From Acidimicrobiia bacterium (lineage in GTDB: Bacteria > Actinomycetota > Acidimicrobiia > Acidimicrobiales > Aldehydirespiratoraceae), in NCBI GenBank assembly GCA_022819505.1, contig JAJEHD010000001.1, positions 9,366-73,365 of the forward strand: 64,000 nt of DNA. The letters run 5' to 3'. The notes beneath the pieces are model-generated. The model worked only from the letters and a program-made list of their open reading frames with translations, had not been told where the DNA came from and made no database searches. Shown here piece by piece: positions 33,900 to 43,018 of the stretch (positions are counted from its first letter, which is position 1; each line of letters starts with the position of its first letter). The position numbers were made by a program, and so were the translations under genes.

Positions 33900-34867
33900 G
33901 CCGCCATCTCCTTGTGGCCCTCAGCCTGATCGAGTCCGGAGCCGAGGAGCAGGAACAGCACCGCCATGCGCACGGCTACGCCGTTGGCGACCTGCTCGGT
34001 GATCACTGCGTTGGGTCGGTCGGCCACGTCTCCGTCGATCTCCACGCCCCGGTTCATGGGGCCGGGGTGCATGATGAGCGCACCCTCGGCGAGGCGGTCG
34101 GCCCGGGATGAGTTGAGGCCGTACTCGGCCCTGAACTCCCTGAGCGAGGGCACCAGGGCGCTGGCCTGACGTTCGAGCTGCATCCTCAGCAGGTAGCAAA
34201 TGTCGATCTCGCCGAGGATGTCGTCGAAGTCGTGGGTGACGGTCACGGGCCATCCGTCGAGGCTGGAGGGCAGCAGCGGGCGCGGGGCCACCAGCGTGAC
34301 CTGAGCGCCCATGGCCGCGAACGCGAGCACGTCGGAGCGGGCCACCCGGGAGTGGAGGATGTCACCGACGATCGCCACCCGGGCGCCGTCGAGGTCGCCG
34401 AGGTGGGTGCGGGCGGTGTACAGGTCGAGCAGCGCCTGGGTGGGATGCTCGTGGCGACCGTCGCCGGCGTTGATGACCGAGGCGTCGATCCAGTCCCCCA
34501 CCCGGTGGGGCACCCCGGCACAGGAGTGGCGCACGACGATCGCGTCGATTCCCATGGCGTCGATGGTCTGCACCGTGTCGCGCACCGACTCGCCCTTGTT
34601 CACCGACGACGAGCGAACGGTGAAGTTCAGGGTGTCGGCCGAGAGTTGCTTGGCGGCCGCCTCGAACGACAGCCGGGTGCGGGTGCTGTCCTCGTAAAAC
34701 AGCCAGGCCACCGTCTTTCCCCGCAGGGCCGGCACCCGCGGGATGGCCCGCTCGCTCACCTCCGCGAACGATTCGGTGAGGTCGAGGATGCGCTCCAGGT
34801 CGGGACGCACGAGGTCGTTGATCGACAGCAGGTGCTGGCGTGGCCGGCCTCGGCCTGATGGGCTCAT
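33896..34867 (-). CDS. pyrB: aspartate carbamoyltransferase catalytic subunit
   Basis: FYEDSTRTR, NAGDG.HEHPTQ and HPGPMNRG motifs. Confidence 0.98.
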   Translation of the reverse strand: MSPSGRGRPRQHLLSINDLVRPDLERILDLTESFAEVSERAIPRVPALRGKTVAWLFYEDSTRTRLSFEAAAKQLSADTLNFTVRSSSVNKGESVRDTVQTIDAMGIDAIVVRHSCAGVPHRVGDWIDASVINAGDGRHEHPTQALLDLYTARTHLGDLDGARVAIVGDILHSRVARSDVLAFAAMGAQVTLVAPRPLLPSSLDGWPVTVTHDFDDILGEIDICYLLRMQLERQASALVPSLREFRAEYGLNSSRADRLAEGALIMHPGPMNRGVEIDGDVADRPNAVITEQVANGVAVRMAVLFLLLGSGLDQAEGHKEMAA

Positions 34868-34895
34868 GCGGTTGCTCCTGTGCGGGTGGCGCGGC

Positions 34896-35462
34896 TCACT
34901 CCAGCTCCCCCAGGTACACCCCGTCGCGGCCCACGTCGACCATCTCGGACCGGCTCGTGGGGAGGTTCTTGCCGACGTAGTCGGGGCGGATCGGCAACTC
35001 CCGATGGCCCCGGTCGACCATTACCGCCAACTGCACCGCCCGGGGTCGTCCCCAAGTGTGCAGAGCATCGAGCGCGGCCCGCACAGTGCGGCCGGTGAAC
35101 AGAACGTCATCGGTGAGCACCACGATCCGGCCGTCGAGGTCGGCGGGAATGTCGGTGACCGCATGGGGCAGCACCGGCCGCAGGCCTATGTCGTCGCGGT
35201 GCAGGGCCACGTCGAGCGAGCCCACCGCCACGTCGGTTCCCTCTATCTCCGACAGGGTCTCGGCGATGCGATGGGCGATGGGCACGCCGCCGGTCTGCAG
35301 CCCGATGACGATCAGGTCGTGCGTGCCGTGGTTGCGCTCGATCACCTCGTGGGTCATCCGCCGGACGGCCCGCTCCACATCGTCGGCGGTCATGACCTGG
35401 CTCCGAGCACGGAACGTGCCGCTGGCGTGGGGCACCGTGAAGCGGCGTTCTCGTTCAGCCAT
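34896..35462 (-). CDS. pyrR: pyrimidine operon regulator / uracil PRTase
   Basis: RMTHEVIERN, DDVLFTGRTVRAA and DRGHRELPIRPDYVGKN motifs. ATG 35462 follows a GGAGG RBS. Confidence 0.97.
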   Translation of the reverse strand: MAERERRFTVPHASGTFRARSQVMTADDVERAVRRMTHEVIERNHGTHDLIVIGLQTGGVPIAHRIAETLSEIEGTDVAVGSLDVALHRDDIGLRPVLPHAVTDIPADLDGRIVVLTDDVLFTGRTVRAALDALHTWGRPRAVQLAVMVDRGHRELPIRPDYVGKNLPTSRSEMVDVGRDGVYLGELE

Positions 35463-35471
35463 TATTTCCTC

Positions 35472-35502
35472 CCGTTCGGGCCTCACCGGACCCGTTTTAC
35501 GG
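35472..35502 (-). promoter_or_regulatory. PyrR-binding RNA stem-loop abutting the pyrR RBS
   Basis: Minus-strand CCGTAAAACGGGTCCGGTGAGGCCCGAACGG contains the GUCCnGnGAGGC loop motif and is followed immediately by GAGGAAATAATG. Confidence 0.8.
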
Positions 35503-35860
35503 TCGGGCGGCGACGGTATCACCGGTCGCGCCAAGACGCGCGCATAGCTCCGATGGCTGCTCTGACCTAGCTGTTTGTCGCGCTACTGGAGCACTTCGAC
35601 GCGGAGTCTCTCAATCCTGAGCGCCATTCCCCCAGTCCCAAGCAGTCCCGATCGTCGGCTCACTGGACGGCTCTGGTCCACGGCCGCGGGCAGGACCGGC
35701 CACGGCACGAGCCGCATTGCGCAGCGCCCAAGGCACCTTCAGAATCGGGACGTCAAGCTGATCCGTGCGTTCCGGGCCGGGACGGACAATCATTCTGATT
35801 GGTGCGCTTCGCGGTGATCACTGACCTTCACTTCGGCAGGGCGTCCCGTACGCTGTGGCC

Positions 35861-36070
35861 ATGGCCATGAACGGGCACGTCCACTGGAACAACCACACCG
35901 TTCACAACGGGATCTCGCACATCACGATCCAGTCGCTGGTCGAGAACGCAGCCAACGACGGTAAGCCCGCCGGAGCATGGGCTCTCGTCGAGGCCGGAGC
36001 CACCCACCTGGACGTCACTGTCAACGGCCGGGATCTGGCCTCCTACCGGGTGCCCCGGCCCCTCCTGTGA
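35861..36070 (+). CDS. hypothetical 69-aa protein with a His-rich N-terminus
   Basis: TACGCT -10 lies 6 nt before the ATG; strongly GC-rich third positions; GTGA overlap with the next gene. Confidence 0.65.
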   Translation: MAMNGHVHWNNHTVHNGISHITIQSLVENAANDGKPAGAWALVEAGATHLDVTVNGRDLASYRVPRPLL

Positions 36071-36708
36071 CCGCTGCCGGCCCGCCGACGACCGTCCTGT
36101 TCGACTGGAACGGGACCCTCCTCGACGACATGGAGCGGGCCCGCATAGCAAGCAACCTGGTCCGCGAGCAGTGGGCCGGCCTGGGCGAGCTCACCCTTCA
36201 GGAGTTCCGAGAGGCTTGGTGCCTGCCCCTGTCGGATCACGTCAAGCGCCTAGCGGTTCCCGACGACCGCAACACCGAAGCGACGCGAGACTGGAGCAAC
36301 TACCTCGCGACCATCGACGCACCCCTCGCCCCGGGCCTGTCAGAGACGCTGGATGCTCTACGGGACGCCGGCATCGCAATCGCGGTCGTCAGCTCGGCCG
36401 GCGAGGCTGCCGTGCTGAGAGACATCGAGGCACACGGCCTCGCGCCGCGCTTCGACGACATCCACGCCGGGGTGTCGCTCAAGCAGACCGCTATCAGCCG
36501 CTACGTGGAGGGCGCGCCGGCCGGTGCGGTCTGGTACGTGGGCGACACCAAGTTCGACATGGTGCAGGCCCGCGCCGCCGGTTCCGTCGCCATCGGATAC
36601 ACAGCCGGCTATGACGGGGCCGACGCCCTGCACGACGGCGGAGCGCACCACCTCATCGACAGGCTGGAAGACCTGATCGCTCTCATCGCCCGTACGCCGG
36701 GACCATGA
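36067..36708 (+). CDS. HAD-superfamily hydrolase (DWNGT motif)
   Basis: VLFDWNGTLLDD, VVSS, K and YVGDTKFD motifs. Confidence 0.9.
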   Translation: MTAAGPPTTVLFDWNGTLLDDMERARIASNLVREQWAGLGELTLQEFREAWCLPLSDHVKRLAVPDDRNTEATRDWSNYLATIDAPLAPGLSETLDALRDAGIAIAVVSSAGEAAVLRDIEAHGLAPRFDDIHAGVSLKQTAISRYVEGAPAGAVWYVGDTKFDMVQARAAGSVAIGYTAGYDGADALHDGGAHHLIDRLEDLIALIARTPGP

Positions 36709-37226
36709 CCATCCAGGACCGGATAGCTGAGGCCGTCGAGTACGTGGCGCTGCAGCGCCTGCAGAGCCGCTACGCCGACGTGGTGACCCGCCGTGCCTGG
36801 GACGAACTGGCCGGGATGGTGCGCCCCGACTGCCCGATCGTGGTGGATGTGCGCCACCGGAAGTTCGAGTTGACCGGACCGTCCGAGTACGGCGAGTTCA
36901 TCGCCCGCCAGATCGAGCGCTTCTCGCTGTTCGAGTTCGTGCTGCTCAACACAGTGATGAGCATCGACGCCCCGGCGGGCGTCGCCGCCGCCAGGGTGTA
37001 CATGCAGGAGATCCGCCAGAACGTCTCGGACGGGCGACGGACCGACGCCTACGGCGTGTATCACGACCGGCTCGAGCGTGACGACGACGGGCGCTGGTGG
37101 TTCGCCAAGCGGCACTACCGGAGCCTCGCCCGCACGGCCGAGCCTCGCGTCGCCACGGACTACGACGTCTTCGACGTCGATGCCATCGACCTCGAGGACA
37201 TCCTCGGCCACAACTGGAGTCCCTGA
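36705..37226 (+). CDS. SnoaL-like / NTF2-family protein
   Basis: LQRLQSRYADVVTRRAWD and YGVYHDRL.....WWFAKR patterns; ATGA overlap. Confidence 0.85.
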   Translation: MTIQDRIAEAVEYVALQRLQSRYADVVTRRAWDELAGMVRPDCPIVVDVRHRKFELTGPSEYGEFIARQIERFSLFEFVLLNTVMSIDAPAGVAAARVYMQEIRQNVSDGRRTDAYGVYHDRLERDDDGRWWFAKRHYRSLARTAEPRVATDYDVFDVDAIDLEDILGHNWSP

Positions 37227-37239
37227 ACGGCGCCGACGA

Positions 37240-37291
37240 GAATCTCGGGTGACTTTCGGTGCCTCCACAACACATTAGTCACCCGAGAAAC
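37240..37291. repeat. imperfect palindrome between convergent genes (family member; possible terminator)
   Basis: TCTCGGGTGACT (37243-37254) and AGTCACCCGAGA (37277-37288) are perfect 12-bp arms. The element contains the GNAT stop codon. Confidence 0.8.
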
Positions 37292-37847
37292 GCTGGGCGC
37301 CCGTCCGGGTGCGGGCGAACACGAGCATGGCGCCGCCTCCGGGTTCCGACCCCGGCACGTCAACCTGGCGCATCCCGGCCCGGCGGGCGACAGCCGCCGA
37401 AGCCGGGTTGCCGGAGTCGATCTCGGCCATCACCACGTCGAGCGGTCCCTCCGACAGCGCCCAGTCGAGCACCAGCCGGACCGCTTCGGTAGCCCGTCCC
37501 TGGCCACGCCAGCCCTCGGCGATCCACCAGCCGATCAGAGCTGCCCGCCGCACCGGGTCCAGCCCGCTCAGCCCCACCTCGCCTATGACCTCGCCCGACG
37601 ACGGATCGACCACGGCCAGGTCCACCGAGCGCCCCTCCGCCACCGCCTGCTCCCGCTGGGCAATCCAACGCGATGCCGTGGCCTCGTCGGCCGGCTCGGG
37701 CACTTCGAGACGGTCCCGGATCACCGGATCCCGCCAGGCCGCGGCAAGCACACCGGCGTCGGCGGCCCGCCACGGCCTCAGCAGGGTCGTCGGCCCGGCC
37801 AGGCACCGAACATCGGTGATCAGGCGGGGGGTCCCGCCACTCCTCAT
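37275..37847 (-). CDS. GNAT family N-acetyltransferase (RimJ/RimL-like)
   Basis: LRPWRAAD, IGWWIAEGWRGQGRA and NPASAAVARRAG motifs. Confidence 0.88.
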   Translation of the reverse strand: MRSGGTPRLITDVRCLAGPTTLLRPWRAADAGVLAAAWRDPVIRDRLEVPEPADEATASRWIAQREQAVAEGRSVDLAVVDPSSGEVIGEVGLSGLDPVRRAALIGWWIAEGWRGQGRATEAVRLVLDWALSEGPLDVVMAEIDSGNPASAAVARRAGMRQVDVPGSEPGGGAMLVFARTRTGAQRFSGD

Positions 37848-38257
37848 GTAGCGCCGCGCACTTCGTTGGCCACCGCCCGCAGGACCCCGTTCAGGAAGCG
37901 GGGCGAGTCACCGCCGCAGTACTGGGTGGCCAGGGCCACAGCCTCGGACAGCACGACCCCGGTCGGAACGTCGTCGCGGTGGGCCAGCTCCCAGGCCGCC
38001 ATGCGGGCCAGAGCCCGGTCCACCACCGCGAGCCGCTCGAGCCGCCAACCCACCAGATGCCTCCGCAGCAGGCCGTCGAGATGCTCGCGGTCGGCGTCCA
38101 CCCCCAGCGCGATCTCCACCGCGTAGTCGGAGGGTGGCACGGCCCGGCGGCCCAGCGCCTCCTGCGACGAGCCGCCTGCTATCTCAGCCTCATAGAGCAC
38201 GGCCAGCGCGTCCTCGCGGGCTTCGCGGCGGGTCCCGAAACCGGGAACGCTGGTCAC
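37844..38257 (-). CDS. nusB: transcription antitermination factor NusB
   Basis: RREARE.AL..LY, W..ERL..VDR, EAV.LA and FLNGVL motifs. Confidence 0.95.
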   Translation of the reverse strand: MTSVPGFGTRREAREDALAVLYEAEIAGGSSQEALGRRAVPPSDYAVEIALGVDADREHLDGLLRRHLVGWRLERLAVVDRALARMAAWELAHRDDVPTGVVLSEAVALATQYCGGDSPRFLNGVLRAVANEVRGAT

Positions 38258-38283
38258 GGAGGCGGCCGCACCACCGGCGGGGA

Positions 38284-38847
38284 TCAGGCCCGCCCGATGT
38301 ATGCCCCGGTCCGGGTGTCCACCTTCACCCGCTCACCGGGCGACACAAACAGCGGGACCTGTACCACCAGTCCCGTCTCCAGGGTGGCCGGTTTGGTGGC
38401 GCCGGAGACCCGGTCCCCCTGGATTCCCGGCTCCGTCTCGGCGATGGAAAGCTCTACCGCGGCGGACAGGTCGACGCCGACAATCTCGGTGCCGTGCATC
38501 AGCATCAGCGCCACCGAGCTCTCCACCAGGAACCGGGCGGCGTCACCGAGGACCTCGGGTGCCACCGTGATCTGGTCGTAGGACTCGTTGTCCATGAATA
38601 CGAGGTTCTCGCCCTCCCGGTAGAGCAGTTGCATCTCGCGCTTGTCGATGGTGGCCCGCTCGACCTTCTCGCCGGCGCGGAACGTCCGGTCCACCACCGC
38701 CCCGGTCCGAGCGTTCTTGAGGGTGGTGCGCACGAAGGCGTGGCCCTTGCCCGGCTTGACATGCTGGAACTCCACCACGCTGAACAGGTTCTGATCGATC
38801 TCGAGGGTCATGCCGTTGCGGAGATCGTTGGTGGTGATGGTGGGCAA
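38284..38847 (-). CDS. efp: elongation factor P
   Basis: HVKPGKGHAFVR, KPATLETG and VPLF motifs. Confidence 0.98.
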   Translation of the reverse strand: MPTITTNDLRNGMTLEIDQNLFSVVEFQHVKPGKGHAFVRTTLKNARTGAVVDRTFRAGEKVERATIDKREMQLLYREGENLVFMDNESYDQITVAPEVLGDAARFLVESSVALMLMHGTEIVGVDLSAAVELSIAETEPGIQGDRVSGATKPATLETGLVVQVPLFVSPGERVKVDTRTGAYIGRA

Positions 38848-38901
38848 GGTCTGCTCCTTGTCGGGTCTTGTCGGGTCTCGGTGGGGGGACGGGCGCCGTG
38901 C

Positions 38902-40050
38902 TCAGGCCGGCAGCGGCACCAGGGAGGTCTTCGGATGCAGCGTAAGCGGGCGGCATCCGGAGTCGGTCACCACCAGCAGGTCCTCCACCCGGACACCCCC
39001 GAACCCGGGAAAGTACACGCCGGGTTCGACGGTCAGCACATTGCCGGGTTCGAGCGTCGCAGCCGAGCCCGATGCCACACGGGGCAGCTCGTGGATATCC
39101 AGCCCGACGCCGTGGCCCGTGCCGTGCACGAAAGCGTCGCCCATGCCGGCGTCATCAAGGACCGCCCGGCAGGCCTTGTCGATCTCACCGGCCTCGACGC
39201 CGGGCGCCACTGCGGCGGCACCGGCTGCCTGGCTGCGCTCGACCGCCTCGAGCATGGCCGCGGCCCGGTCGCTCGGATCGCCCAGCACGAACGTGCGGGT
39301 CATGTCGCTGCGGTAGCCGTCCACCAGCGCCCCGATGTCGATGATCACCAGGTCGCCGGACTCCAACCTCCGGCCGGTGGGCGTGGCGTGGGGCAGCGCG
39401 GCGTTCGGGCCCGAAGCGACGATGGTGTCGTAAGCGGGTCCCGGCGCGCCGGCCGAGCGGATGGCGCCGTCGAGAGCCTGCTGGAGGTGCGACTCGGTTA
39501 TGCCGGGACGCAGCATCGGTACCACCGACGCCAGCGCGGTGTCCGCGATGCCGGCGGCCGCCTCGATTCGGGCCAGTTCGGCGGAGTCCTTGACTGCGCG
39601 CAGGCTCTCAACGATCCCAGTCAGCGGCACCGTCTCGACCTCGACGGCCTCGCTCCAGCGGATCTGCTCGCTCCAGGCGACACTGTCCTCCAGTCCGAGC
39701 CGGGTGGCGCCCTCCAGCCGTCCCGCGACCGCCTCAGCCGCCCGGCGAGCCACGACGACCTCCACCTCGCCGCCACAGCCCGCCCCTGCCAGTTGCGCGG
39801 GGGCCTGCTCGGCGTAGCGGGAGTCGGTGACGAGCAGCGCCTCGCCGCAGCCGAGCACCACGACGGTCCCGTTGGAGCCGGTAAACCCGGTGAGCCAGCG
39901 GACGTTGGCCGGCTCGACGATCGCCGCCGCGTCCACGCCCGCCGCGACCAGCCGGTCCCGGAGACGGCGGAGACGCCCCTCCACCCGCAGGGGCGGCAGG
40001 CCCTTCAGCTCGCTGGCAGCGTCGGACGGGCCGGGCGCCAGCCCGCTCAT
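38902..40050 (-). CDS. pepQ: M24 Xaa-Pro peptidase
   Basis: WLTGFTGSNG, YRSDMTRT, HGTGHGVG, EPGVY and VRVED motifs. Confidence 0.93.
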   Translation of the reverse strand: MSGLAPGPSDAASELKGLPPLRVEGRLRRLRDRLVAAGVDAAAIVEPANVRWLTGFTGSNGTVVVLGCGEALLVTDSRYAEQAPAQLAGAGCGGEVEVVVARRAAEAVAGRLEGATRLGLEDSVAWSEQIRWSEAVEVETVPLTGIVESLRAVKDSAELARIEAAAGIADTALASVVPMLRPGITESHLQQALDGAIRSAGAPGPAYDTIVASGPNAALPHATPTGRRLESGDLVIIDIGALVDGYRSDMTRTFVLGDPSDRAAAMLEAVERSQAAGAAAVAPGVEAGEIDKACRAVLDDAGMGDAFVHGTGHGVGLDIHELPRVASGSAATLEPGNVLTVEPGVYFPGFGGVRVEDLLVVTDSGCRPLTLHPKTSLVPLPA

Positions 40051-41072
40051 CGAACGGCCGCGAGCGCGTCGCGCAGCACCGATTCGGGCACCCCCACGAC
40101 GGGCTCCACCCCGCGGTCCGAGTCGAGCATGAGGGTCAGGCCGTCGACGGACTTCTTGTCCCGGCCGAACAGGGCCAGCAACTCATCGTCGTCCTCCAGC
40201 GCCGCCGGAAGCCGGTCCGGCAGGCCGTAGCCGGTCACCACCTGGCGGTGCTCGGCCACTCGACCGGTGTCGATGCGACCCATGCGTGCAGCCACTTCGG
40301 CCGCGTAGATCAGCCCTACCGCCACGGCCTCTCCGTGGCGCAGGTCGTAGCGTCCCGCCGTCTCGATGGCGTGGGCCAGGGTGTGGCCGTAGTTGAGGAC
40401 GGCCCGTCGGCCGCCCTCACGCTCGTCCGCCGCCACCACATCGGCCTTGATTCGCACCGCCGCGGCGATCCGCTCGTCGAGGCCAAGGCCGTCCAGATCG
40501 TCCCCGGTCAGGAAGTGGTACTTGGCCAGCTCGCCCTGGCCGCTGCGCAGCTCCCGCGCCGGCAGCGTGGCCAGCATCTCGGTGTCGCACAGCACGGCGT
40601 GAGGCTGCCAGAAGGCCCCTACGAGGTTCTTGCCCTCGGGCAGGTTGACTCCGGTCTTGCCCCCGATGGCCGCGTCCACCTGGGCCAGCAGCGAGGAGGC
40701 CACAGAGACGTAGGGGATGCCCCGGTGGTAGACGGCGGCGACGAACCCGGCCAGGTCGGTGACCACGCCCCCGCCCACGGCCACGATCACGTCGGACCGG
40801 GTGAAGCCCGCTCCGGACATCTCACGGCAGAGCCGCTCGACCTCGGCCAGCGACTTGGCCTCCTCGCCGTCAGCAACGGTGAACACCGACTGATCGAGGC
40901 CGCTGTCGACCGTCCAGCCGATGTCGCGCTGGGTTAGGACGGCGGCCCGCCGCGCCCCTGCCGGGATCACCGAGTTGAGCCGGGCCCGCACCCCCGGGCC
41001 GACATGAACGTCGTAGGAGCGCGCGTCCAGGTCGACGGTCACTATCTGGGCTCGCGAATCGGCCGGGGCCAT
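40047..41072 (-). CDS. aroB: 3-dehydroquinate synthase
   Basis: GGGVVTD, DAAIGGKTG, NYGHTLAHA and HGEAV motifs. Confidence 0.96.
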   Translation of the reverse strand: MAPADSRAQIVTVDLDARSYDVHVGPGVRARLNSVIPAGARRAAVLTQRDIGWTVDSGLDQSVFTVADGEEAKSLAEVERLCREMSGAGFTRSDVIVAVGGGVVTDLAGFVAAVYHRGIPYVSVASSLLAQVDAAIGGKTGVNLPEGKNLVGAFWQPHAVLCDTEMLATLPARELRSGQGELAKYHFLTGDDLDGLGLDERIAAAVRIKADVVAADEREGGRRAVLNYGHTLAHAIETAGRYDLRHGEAVAVGLIYAAEVAARMGRIDTGRVAEHRQVVTGYGLPDRLPAALEDDDELLALFGRDKKSVDGLTLMLDSDRGVEPVVGVPESVLRDALAAVR

Positions 41073-41215
41073 CCGAGCAGCCTACCGACGCACCAGTGAG
41101 GCTCTCTGAACAGCCCGGCATTGCCAGCCGACGCAAGCCCGACGGCGAGAGCGCGACAGCCGGAGCGGCTGCTGGGGCGGCGCGGCCCGGCGACATGCCG
41201 GAACGCCGTTCACAG

Positions 41216-42064
41216 CTAGCCGGCGGGCGGGCCGTAGTAGAGCAGCACGATCATGGTTCCCGCGGCCAGGGCCGGGCCGAACGGGAAGACCGTGTCGAGC
41301 AACCGCTCACCGGGAACAGGACCAGAGCCCCGACCGGGAACAGGACCAGAGCCCCGACCGGGAACAGGACCAGAGCCCCGACCGGGAACAGGACCAGAGC
41401 CCCGACCGGGAACAGGACCAGAGCGCTCACCGGGAACAGGACCAGAGCGCTCACCGGGAACAGGCAGCAGCTCGAGCCCCTGCCGACGCAGTCGGGCGAG
41501 CACCAGGGCCGTCAACAGGCCGATCAGGCAGCTCAGCAGCAGTGCCTGGGCCACCAGCCCGGCCACCGCGGTCCACGCCTGACCGGACGCGCCTGCGGTC
41601 CACCCGAGATGCAGGCCTAGCAGCGGGGCGAGCTTCACGTCGCCGAAGCCGAGGCCAGCAGGCCGCAACTCGTGGGCGGTCCACATGACCGCTCCGTAGC
41701 CGAGCGCCGCGGCCACAGCCGCGACGATTGCGCCGGGTCGACCCGCGGCCATCGACGCGGCCGCGATCGCGGCCAGGCTCGCAGCCGACGCCGGAAGCGA
41801 GACGGCATCGGGCAGCCGCCCGCAGCGCCAGTCAATGGCCGACAGCGTCGTCAAGGACACCGCGGCCACCAGCGGCGGGATCATGTTCCAGCCCACGCCG
41901 AAGCGGGCCACCACCGCCGCAGAGAGGGCCGCCATGCACAACTCCACGGGCCCGACCGGGCGGCGCGCACCGGGGCGCGGCGCGAAGCGATCAGCCACCA
42001 CAGCCGCCAGCCGCCCCACGACCAAACCACCGAGGAGGGCCGAGCCCAGCGCCACCGCGTTCAT
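41216..42064 (-). CDS. A24 prepilin peptidase-like aspartic membrane protease with an internal tandem repeat
   Basis: AID..RLPD and GFGDVKL catalytic Asp motifs and PFGPAL. ATG 42064 lies 6 nt after TATCGT. Confidence 0.88.
   Translation of the reverse strand: MNAVALGSALLGGLVVGRLAAVVADRFAPRPGARRPVGPVELCMAALSAAVVARFGVGWNMIPPLVAAVSLTTLSAIDWRCGRLPDAVSLPASAASLAAIAAASMAAGRPGAIVAAVAAALGYGAVMWTAHELRPAGLGFGDVKLAPLLGLHLGWTAGASGQAWTAVAGLVAQALLLSCLIGLLTALVLARLRRQGLELLPVPGERSGPVPGERSGPVPGRGSGPVPGRGSGPVPGRGSGPVPGRGSGPVPGERLLDTVFPFGPALAAGTMIVLLYYGPPAG
41304..41464. repeat. 24-bp coding VNTR, ~6.5 copies
   Basis: ACCGGGAACAGGACCAGAGC(CCCG/GCTC) units at 41309, 41333, 41357, 41381, 41405 and 41429, with a partial unit at 41453. 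Encodes PVPG(RG/ER)SG. Confidence 0.97.
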
Positions 42065-42107
42065 CCCCGCACGATAGGGACCGGCGGCGGGGACCTGCTC
42101 CACGGCT

Positions 42108-42163
42108 GAACTCCTGTCAAGAAATCACCGCATAGGTGGAAAACTGACAGAAGTTCTTGACAG
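42108..42163. repeat. imperfect palindrome downstream of aroE (family member)
   Basis: GAACTCCTGTCA / TGACAGAAGTTC arms (42108-42156); alternative perfect pair CTGTCAAGAA / TTCTTGACAG. Confidence 0.8.
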
Positions 42164-42184
42164 ACGCTCGTTCTGATCGGCCTT

Positions 42185-43018
42185 TCAGAGGCCTCCGACG
42201 GCGGCCTGGCGCATGGCCTCCACGGGTGCGTCGATGCCGGTCCACAGCTCGAAGGCGGCGGCGGCCTGGTACACCAGCATCGACAGCCCGTTGTGGGCCT
42301 CCACCCCGTGCTCGCGAAGAGCGGCCAGCCAAGCCGTCTCGATCGGCTCGTACACCAGGTCCACGGCCACTTGGCCGGGACGTAGCAGAGTGGGGTCACA
42401 GGGCATTGAGGCGTCGGACCCCATACCGACGGAGGTCGCGTTCACTACGAGGTCCGCGGCCGCCATGTCCTCCATCGTCCCGACCCGTCCGGGACGACCC
42501 GACCGGCTGGCGGCATTGGCGATCGACGCGGCAGCCTCCGCCCGAGAGCCGGTGCGGTTGATCACGGCCACATCGGCCGCGCCAGCCGCGGCCAGCCCCC
42601 AGGCCACCGCCCGGGCAGCTCCGCCGCCGCCCAACAGCGCCACCCGCAGACCCTCCGGTGAGAGTCCCGCGTCGGCCCGCAGCCCGGCCACGAAGCCGGC
42701 GGCGTCGGTGTTGGCCGCATGGAGACGGCCATCGCCCAGCGGCACGATGCAGTTCGCTGCGGCCAGGATCTCTACCTCAGCATCGACAGTGTCCGCCGCC
42801 GCGGCCACCTCGGCCTTCAGGGGCATGGTCACCGACATGCCGGCCAGGCCGAGAACCCTCATCGCCTCGAGAGCCTCGGCACCCCTGCCCGCGGGGACCT
42901 CGAAGGCGGTGAACACCCAGTCGATGCCCGCCGCCGAGAACGCGGCGTTATGGATGGCCGGCGACCGGGAGTGGCGCACCGGGTCACCGATGACCGCCGC
43001 CACCCGCCGTCCCGACAT
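42185..43018 (-). CDS. aroE: shikimate dehydrogenase
   Basis: HSRSP.IHN, SVTMPLK, NTD, GGGGAARA, NATSVGM and DLVY motifs. Confidence 0.95.
   Translation of the reverse strand: MSGRRVAAVIGDPVRHSRSPAIHNAAFSAAGIDWVFTAFEVPAGRGAEALEAMRVLGLAGMSVTMPLKAEVAAAADTVDAEVEILAAANCIVPLGDGRLHAANTDAAGFVAGLRADAGLSPEGLRVALLGGGGAARAVAWGLAAAGAADVAVINRTGSRAEAAASIANAASRSGRPGRVGTMEDMAAADLVVNATSVGMGSDASMPCDPTLLRPGQVAVDLVYEPIETAWLAALREHGVEAHNGLSMLVYQAAAAFELWTGIDAPVEAMRQAAVGGL

Noticed and set aside
38857-38880. 11-bp duplication CTTGTCGGGT(C) upstream of efp
   Set aside because: Two short copies next to the RBS; likely trivial slippage.
41304-41464. Possible CRISPR array or iterons
   Set aside because: Head-to-tail 24-bp units without spacers, in frame within a CDS.
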